Shown here in pieces: positions 53,559 through 58,750 of a DNA stretch of 58,750 bases (position 1 is its first letter; every line of letters starts with the position of its first letter). The notes under the pieces are model-generated. The model was not told the origin of the DNA and ran no database searches. It worked only from the letters and a program-made list of their open reading frames with translations. The stretch lies in contig DAOTOJ010000001.1 in assembly GCA_035451285.1 (NCBI GenBank), positions 28,924-87,673 of the forward strand, in the 5' to 3' direction. Both the position numbers and the translations under genes were made by a program. The stretch is from Minisyncoccota bacterium (lineage in GTDB: Bacteria > Patescibacteriota > Minisyncoccia > UBA6257 > Brennerbacteraceae).

Positions 53559-55121
53559 ATGTTTAAGAAAATAAAAGATTTCGTTGTAAAAAGAAAATTT
53601 TTAAGTTTGGCGATTATTATCGTCCTAATTGGAATTTTAGTTTATGTTTTTATTCCTAAAAATAAGGCTTTAAATTACAATTATACTCCAGTTAAAATAA
53701 TGAATATTTCACAGATTGTTTCAGCAACCGGAAATATCAAGGCCCAGCAGGATCTTAATTTGAATTTCGAAAGGACCGGCAAGATAAAAGCTATTTATGT
53801 TAAGGTTGGAGATAAAGTTCAAGAAGGTCAAACGTTAATGGTATTAGAAAATAGTGATTTACTGGCTCAATTATCCCAAGCTCAGGCAAATTTAGCTCAA
53901 GCTCAGGTTCAACTTGAAAATCTTAAAAAAGGAGCAAGACCAGAACAAATTCAAATTTATCAAACTCAATTAGAAACAGCCCAAAATAATCTAAAACAAG
54001 CCCAAGAGCAAGCTGTTTTAAGCTTAAATACAATTTATACTGATACCGAATCAGCTATTAGAAATAAAGTTAATCAGGTTTTTGATCCGCCTTCCTCTTA
54101 TTATCCCAAATTAAAATTTGGCACTGCCTATGTAGATGTTGAAGAAAAAGTCTTAAATCAAAAAGTTAACATTGAGCATTTATTAGAAAATTGGAAAAAA
54201 GAATTGCCAGAAATTACTGTTAATAATTTAGATGACTACTTAAATAGAGAAAAAGAATATCTTAATACTTTGAAAATTTTTGCAGATGATGTTTATTTTT
54301 TGACAACTATTGCAACTCATTATTATTCAGTTACTCCTCAGCAAGTAGAGTTGTTTAAAACAGATATTTCTTTGGCAAGAACTGCTTTAAATAATAATTT
54401 GAATCTTTTGAACACAACTTCCAATAATTTAAACTCTTTAAAATTAGCAGTAAAATTAGCCCAAGACCAACTCAATTTACAAAAGGCTGGACCAACTGCA
54501 GAACAAATAAAAGCTCAAGAACTTCAAATTCAAGGTCTGCAAGCTGGTGTTGATGCCCTTAATTCCCAAATTGCAAGAACCATACTTATTTCTCCAATTA
54601 ATGGGATTGTTACTAAAATCAATTATGAAACTGGCGAAACAGTTCAAATAACAACTCCGGCTATTTCTTTAATTTCAGATAAAAACTTTGAAATAGAAGT
54701 TTATATTCCAGAAATTGATATTGCTAATGTAAAAATTGGCGATCAAGCGGAAATAGTTTTAGATGCTTACGGTAGCGACGTAGTTTTTAAGGGCCAAGTA
54801 GTTTTTATAGATCCAGCTTCAACCGTTTTAGAAGGAGTGCCAAGTTATCGAACTCTTTTACAATTTGATAACGAAGATGAAAGAATAAAAGTTGGAATGA
54901 CTGCTAACGTTGATATAATAACTGCTTACAAAGAAAACGTTTTAGCTATTCCTATTAAAGCAGTAATTAATAGAAATAATGAAAAATTTATTCAGGTTCT
55001 TAAGGATGAAAAATCAAAAATAATTGAAGAAAGGCAAATAAAAACCGGAATCTCTGACATTAATGGAAATATTGAAGTTATTGAAGGATTAAATCCCAAT
55101 GAATTAGTAATACTTCCTTAA
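53559..55121 (+). CDS. HlyD/MacA-family periplasmic adaptor (membrane fusion protein) with a very long alpha-hairpin
   Basis: N-terminal TM and biotinyl-lipoyl-like halves (GKIKAIYVKVGDKVQEGQTL...; ISPINGIVTKINYETGE). These are separated by a roughly 240-aa helical insert, followed by beta-barrel and MP domains. Confidence 0.8.
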   Translation: MFKKIKDFVVKRKFLSLAIIIVLIGILVYVFIPKNKALNYNYTPVKIMNISQIVSATGNIKAQQDLNLNFERTGKIKAIYVKVGDKVQEGQTLMVLENSDLLAQLSQAQANLAQAQVQLENLKKGARPEQIQIYQTQLETAQNNLKQAQEQAVLSLNTIYTDTESAIRNKVNQVFDPPSSYYPKLKFGTAYVDVEEKVLNQKVNIEHLLENWKKELPEITVNNLDDYLNREKEYLNTLKIFADDVYFLTTIATHYYSVTPQQVELFKTDISLARTALNNNLNLLNTTSNNLNSLKLAVKLAQDQLNLQKAGPTAEQIKAQELQIQGLQAGVDALNSQIARTILISPINGIVTKINYETGETVQITTPAISLISDKNFEIEVYIPEIDIANVKIGDQAEIVLDAYGSDVVFKGQVVFIDPASTVLEGVPSYRTLLQFDNEDERIKVGMTANVDIITAYKENVLAIPIKAVINRNNEKFIQVLKDEKSKIIEERQIKTGISDINGNIEVIEGLNPNELVILP

Positions 55122-55142
55122 ATCCTAAATTAAAATTTCAAT

Positions 55143-55862
55143 ATGCCCTTAATTCAGCTTGAAAATATAACCAAGATTTATAATAGCGAAGAAATAAGAA
55201 CCATAGCTTTAAATGGAATTTCTTTAAAAATCAATGAAGGAGAATTTACAGCAATTACCGGTCCCTCAGGAAGTGGCAAATCGACCTTGCTTCATATTTT
55301 AGGGCTTTTAGATAGGCCAACTAGTGGTGAATTTATTTTTGAAAATAAAAACATTATTAATTTTTCAGATGAGGAATTGGCTTTCTTTCGAAACGAAAAA
55401 ATTGGTTTTGTTTTTCAAGCCTTTTTTCTTTTATCTCCATTAACGGTTTTAGAAAATGTGAAATTACCACTTCTTTATTCGAAAGTTGATGAAAAAAAGT
55501 GGAACGATTTAGCCTTAAATGCTTTAGAAGAGGTTGGTTTATCTCATAGAATTAATCATTTCCCTAATCAGCTTTCAGGCGGAGAAAAGCAAAGAGTGGC
55601 AATTGCCAGAGCTTTGGTAAATAATCCTTCAATTATTTTAGCCGATGAGCCAACTGGAAACTTAGATAGTAAATCAGCAATGCAAATTATTAAAATTATA
55701 AAAGGTTTAAATAATCAAGGAAAAACTATTATTGTGGTAACTCATGAAAGTTATTTAGCAAATATTACTAATCGAATTATCAGAATTAGAGATGGACAAA
55801 TTGAAAAAGATGAGATTAACCAACATCCAATCGATATTAGTAAAGAAGAATTTGTAAAATAA
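55143..55862 (+). CDS. ABC transporter ATP-binding protein (MacB/LolD/FtsE-like)
   Basis: Walker [10 protein letters not shown], signature LSGGEKQR, Walker B IILADEPT, and H-loop VTHE. Confidence 0.92.
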   Translation: MPLIQLENITKIYNSEEIRTIALNGISLKINEGEFTAITGPSGSGKSTLLHILGLLDRPTSGEFIFENKNIINFSDEELAFFRNEKIGFVFQAFFLLSPLTVLENVKLPLLYSKVDEKKWNDLALNALEEVGLSHRINHFPNQLSGGEKQRVAIARALVNNPSIILADEPTGNLDSKSAMQIIKIIKGLNNQGKTIIVVTHESYLANITNRIIRIRDGQIEKDEINQHPIDISKEEFVK

Positions 55863-57100
55863 TGAAATCAAATTATATTTTAAAAACAGCTTTTCAAGCT
55901 TTAAAAAGCAATCGTTCGCGAACATTTTTGACTTTGCTTGGAGTAACTATTGGAGTAGCTTCTATTATTATGGTGATGTCTGTTGGCGAAGGGGCTCAAA
56001 ACATTATTATTGATCAAATTGAAGGTTTGGGATCAAATATGCTGACAATTATGCCCGGTCAACGAACCCAAGGAATTTCAGCTTTCGCTCAGATTTATTT
56101 AGATTCTTTGACAAAAAAAGATATTGAACTTTTAAAATTAAAATCAAATGTTCCAGATTTAGAAGAAATCAGCCCTTTGGTTTATACTGGAGCAAATTTT
56201 ACTTACGGCAAAGAAGCTTATCAAAGCATGATAGCTGGCGGAGCTGAAAATTTAAGCACCCTTTTTGATGTTTATCCCCAAGAGGGTTCATTTTTTACAA
56301 AAGAAGATGTTGAAAATAATTCGAATGTGGTGATTATTGGTTCAAAAATTAAAAAAGAACTTTTTGGTTTATCTAATCCTATCGGCGAGCGAATAAAAAT
56401 AAATAATAAAAATTTCAGAGTAATAGGAGTTTTTCCAGAAAAAGGAACAGTTTCTTCTCTGAATTTAGACGAGGTTGCCATAGCGCCTTATACTACTGTT
56501 CAGAATTATCTTATTGGTTCAAAATCTTTTAATACTATTTTGGTTAAAGTTAATTCAACGGCTAATATTGAAAGAGCTAAGGCAGATATTACTTCAACTT
56601 TGAGAATGTCCCATAATATAAAGGATCCTTCAAAAGATGATTTTTATATTACTACTCAAACCGATATTGTAAATAGGTTAACAATCATCACTACTATTTT
56701 TACTATGCTTTTAACATCAGTGGCGGCTATTTCTTTAGTAGTTGGAGGAATAGGAATTATGAACATTATGTTAGTTTCAGTAACTGAAAGAATTCAGGAA
56801 ATAGGATTAAGGAAGGCTTTGGGCGCAACTAATAATGATATTTTATACCAATTTTTGACTGAAGCAGTGCTGTTAACAATGCTAGGAGGAATAGTCGGAA
56901 TAATTTTAGGCAGTGTTTTATCTTTTGGTATTAGTCTTTTAATGACTAGAATTTTGGGAATTACTTGGAGTTTTGTTTTTCCAGTCTCCGCTGCCTTAAT
57001 TGGTTTTTTTGTTTCGGTTTTAGTTGGTTTGGGATTCGGGATTTATCCAGCTCGCAATGCAGCTAGTAAAAATCCGATAGAATCATTGCGCTACGAGTAA
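55862..57100 (+). CDS. ABC transporter permease, MacB/FtsX family
   Basis: TM1, a large extracytoplasmic domain (MacB_PCD-like), and three C-terminal TM helices with the FtsX motif (IGLRKALGA). Its start overlaps the ATPase stop (TAATG). Confidence 0.88.
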   Translation: MKSNYILKTAFQALKSNRSRTFLTLLGVTIGVASIIMVMSVGEGAQNIIIDQIEGLGSNMLTIMPGQRTQGISAFAQIYLDSLTKKDIELLKLKSNVPDLEEISPLVYTGANFTYGKEAYQSMIAGGAENLSTLFDVYPQEGSFFTKEDVENNSNVVIIGSKIKKELFGLSNPIGERIKINNKNFRVIGVFPEKGTVSSLNLDEVAIAPYTTVQNYLIGSKSFNTILVKVNSTANIERAKADITSTLRMSHNIKDPSKDDFYITTQTDIVNRLTIITTIFTMLLTSVAAISLVVGGIGIMNIMLVSVTERIQEIGLRKALGATNNDILYQFLTEAVLLTMLGGIVGIILGSVLSFGISLLMTRILGITWSFVFPVSAALIGFFVSVLVGLGFGIYPARNAASKNPIESLRYE

Positions 57101-57218
57101 TGGTTCATCGCCAATTTTTTCTAAAACTTTTAATGAAACTTTCATTGGACAACTTTTAAAAGTTAAATTTATTTAGTATAGCTTTATAATTTTTTAGATA
57201 TAGTAAAACTAAAAATTT

Positions 57219-57650
57219 TTATATTTGGCTATTGCAATTTGAAAAAGTTTCAACTCCATTTTCAGTAATAAAAGCAGTTGTTCCTTTATTCCAAAATACC
57301 ACGCTTTCATCATCAAAGGCATAGCGAGCTCCTGAAGCAGAAATAGCTCTAGGAAGAGTTAAAAACCTGCCATCGCTTAATTCTAAATTAACATGGTCTA
57401 CATGATTAGCTTCATCTATATAAAAGCTGGCTTTAATAGACTTATTATCGTCGCAAGTAAAAATAAAACCCTGAGCAGTTTCTTCCAAATTGTTTTCTGG
57501 TAAAATAGAAGTTATTGGTTCTTCTTTCGGAGTTTCAATTGGAGTTGGCGTAGGATTTATAAATAAATCTGTGCTTTGCCAAACAATAATTATTATTGCC
57601 ATTAATGCCATACAAACTATGATGGTTGTTAAAGTTTTTTTATCGCTCAT
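57219..57650 (-). CDS. MliC-like (membrane-bound lysozyme inhibitor of C-type lysozyme) family protein
   Basis: N-terminal TM, then a beta-rich domain carrying ISASGARYAFDDESVVFWNKGTTAFI. This resembles the SxSGAxY...W.KG motif of MliC. Confidence 0.6.
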   Translation of the reverse strand: MSDKKTLTTIIVCMALMAIIIIVWQSTDLFINPTPTPIETPKEEPITSILPENNLEETAQGFIFTCDDNKSIKASFYIDEANHVDHVNLELSDGRFLTLPRAISASGARYAFDDESVVFWNKGTTAFITENGVETFSNCNSQI

Positions 57651-57691
57651 ATTTTTTTAATTTAATTAATTTAATTAATTATAACACTTAA

Positions 57692-58597
57692 TTAATCAAA
57701 AATTGAAATTAGGTATTGGTCTATTTCGCGTTGGTCTAAATCGTAAAAATATTGATTGTTACTATGCAAGTCAGTTGCCAATTTTACCCCTACAAATCTC
57801 CAATGCCACGGCTCAAATTGATAATATTTATTATCTTTTGGGTAAGACAAAACAAAACCGTATTTATAAGCATTTTCTAAAAGCCATTGGTACTCAGGAG
57901 TTTTTTCAAATCCTAAGAAAGAACCGTTTAATTCATTAGTCGTAAAGTCAATTGTCGTTCCTAGTTGATGTTCTGAATAACCTTGGTCAGCAGAAAAAGA
58001 ATTGCTGACCGTTGTTCCAAATTGCATAACGTAATTATTTTTTATATTAATTTGATCATAAAAAGAACGATAAGCTGAAGCTATCTTTAAATTAAGTCCA
58101 CTACTATTACTATCAGTCATTAGTTTTTCTAGATAAGGCAGAACTTGGGAGTGAATTTGTAGGGGTTTGTTTTGGTTAGCAAGATATTCTTTGGGAATAA
58201 AACTTAATAAAACAGGAACATAGTTTTCATTTAAAAAGTAAACCTTAGAATATTTTTTTAAAAGTTCAGGGTCTAAAATATTTAGTTTTTCCAATTTTCC
58301 TACTGTTTGGCTAATCGAATTGATTTGACTTTCAAAATAAGAATTTTTATCTTTTTCAGAATTTAAAGCTTCTAATAAATCTTTATTTTCTTTTTCTTTA
58401 TTCTGTAATTGTTGCTCGTTTTCTTTAATTTTTTCATTTAAAGAAATAGTGATGCTATTTAGTTCTTCAAGTTTTGATTTTAGTGTTTTATTTTCAGTGT
58501 TTAAAAAATAAGCTTTATAACCCAAATAAACTATTCCTAAAATAACAACAAGGATCAAAATGCCAAAGCCAACTTTTTTTGTTAAATTTCTTTTCAT
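57692..58597 (-). CDS. Membrane-anchored coiled-coil protein with a C-terminal M15B (VanY-type) D-Ala-D-Ala carboxypeptidase domain
   Basis: ASAYRSFYDQ, SEHQLGTTIDF and EPWHWRFVG motifs (Zn ligands H-D-H). The ATG at 58597 (MKRNLTKKVGF...) is preferred, because a TTGATT-17-TATAAT promoter lies inside the longer ORF-track extension. Confidence 0.83.
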   Translation of the reverse strand: MKRNLTKKVGFGILILVVILGIVYLGYKAYFLNTENKTLKSKLEELNSITISLNEKIKENEQQLQNKEKENKDLLEALNSEKDKNSYFESQINSISQTVGKLEKLNILDPELLKKYSKVYFLNENYVPVLLSFIPKEYLANQNKPLQIHSQVLPYLEKLMTDSNSSGLNLKIASAYRSFYDQINIKNNYVMQFGTTVSNSFSADQGYSEHQLGTTIDFTTNELNGSFLGFEKTPEYQWLLENAYKYGFVLSYPKDNKYYQFEPWHWRFVGVKLATDLHSNNQYFYDLDQREIDQYLISIFD

Positions 58598-58609
58598 AAT
58601 ATCTATTAT

Positions 58610-58638
58610 ATTATAGATAGTTATTAGCAATAAATCAA
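58610..58638 (-). promoter_or_regulatory. Promoter TTGATT-17-TATAAT (minus strand) 12 nt upstream of the M15B ATG
   Basis: Minus-strand read: TTGATT (58638-58633), TATTGCTAATAACTATC, TATAAT (58615-58610), ATAATAGATATT, ATG (58597). Confidence 0.45.
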
Positions 58639-58682
58639 TTTTTAAATAAAATTGAAAACAAAAAACAATTAGATAAACAAAC

Positions 58683-58717
58683 AAAAAGAGCCGCTTTGCC
58701 TTGCGGCTTAGCGGCTC
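58683..58717 (-). terminator. Intrinsic terminator on the minus strand (GNRA-capped GC-rich hairpin plus U5)
   Basis: Minus strand: GAGCCGC-UAA-GCC-GCAA-GGC-AAA-GCGGCUC followed by UUUUUGUUUGUUU. Confidence 0.6.
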
Positions 58718-58722
58718 ACAAT

Positions 58723-58750
58723 GCGATTCATCTCTTGCGAGACGAACCGC
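58723..58750 (-). other. GC-rich 12-bp hairpin with a GCAA tetraloop, ending at the window edge (3' part of an unidentified transcript or structured RNA)
   Basis: Minus strand: GCGGUUCGUCUC-GCAA-GAGAUGAAUCGC, 12 bp including 2 G-U pairs. Local G+C is far above the flanking sequence. Confidence 0.4.

Noticed and set aside
56272-56481. 69-aa antisense ORF inside the MacB-type permease gene.
   Set aside because: It is nested antisense and has no motif.
57703-57939. 78-aa + strand ORF inside the M15B peptidase gene.
   Set aside because: It is antisense to the conserved VanY catalytic region.
58598-58684. N-terminal extension of the M15B peptidase ORF (MFVYLIVFCFQFYLKIDLLLITIYNIIDI...).
   Set aside because: The extension contains the TTGATT-17-TATAAT promoter and runs into the upstream terminator U-tract. 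MKRNLTKK plus a TM helix at 58597 is a normal signal-anchor start.
58688-58717. Resemblance of GAGCCGC...GCAA...GCGGCUC to group II intron domain V (GAGCCGUAU...GNRA...).
   Set aside because: The hairpin is 30 nt with a symmetric internal loop, rather than the 34-nt helix with a 2-nt 3' bulge. It is followed directly by a U-tract, with no domain VI or 3' splice site, and no reverse transcriptase or maturase ORF is nearby. A terminator is the simpler reading.
1-58750. CRISPR arrays, IS elements or transposases, prophage genes, toxin-antitoxin pairs, reverse transcriptases or DGRs, and UGA recoding.
   Set aside because: I saw no spaced direct-repeat array, no transposase, integrase or phage structural ORF, and no RT motif. 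The only recombinase is Xer-like. All large ORFs are intact under the standard code, and the P-type ATPase ends in TGA, so alternative code 25 is excluded.

Overview
This is a very AT-rich, extremely gene-dense chromosomal segment with about 60 CDS, 2 tRNAs, and many overlapping or abutting genes. I found no rRNA, CRISPR array, transposase or prophage. The standard genetic code applies, because TGA is used as a stop at 22977-22979.

The content is mostly housekeeping:
- Translation: serS, cysS, lysS, gltX, rpsB-tsf, rpmA, rplI, def-fmt.
- Replication and repair: dnaX, dnaB, recR, rmuC, nth, xerC/D-like.
- Chaperones: a CIRCE-controlled hrcA-grpE-dnaK-J-protein operon.
- Cell wall: murE, murG, a SEDS protein, and three coiled-coil peptidoglycan hydrolases.
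- Fermentative carbon module: glycerate 2-kinase, PEP synthase, D-2-hydroxyacid dehydrogenase, enolase.

The shortened core proteins, lack of Shine-Dalgarno motifs, many membrane or secreted proteins of unknown function, a secreted nuclease and a giant surface protein fit a reduced-genome CPR/Patescibacteria-type bacterium. That placement is inference from gene content, not a database result.

The items most worth a second look are:
- an ATP-cone::PD-(D/E)xK nuclease fusion (4846-5694);
- an orphan TraD/VirD4-like ATPase behind an FtsQ-like gene (11727-15264);
- three peptidoglycan hydrolases built on one coiled-coil architecture;
- consensus promoters placed so close to ATGs that the transcripts should be leaderless, including one with CIRCE inside the promoter;
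- an endonuclease III lacking the 4-Cys Fe-S motif;
- a GC-rich pair of GNRA-capped hairpins cut by the right window edge (58683-58750).

All domain calls come from motif recognition by eye. No searches were run.
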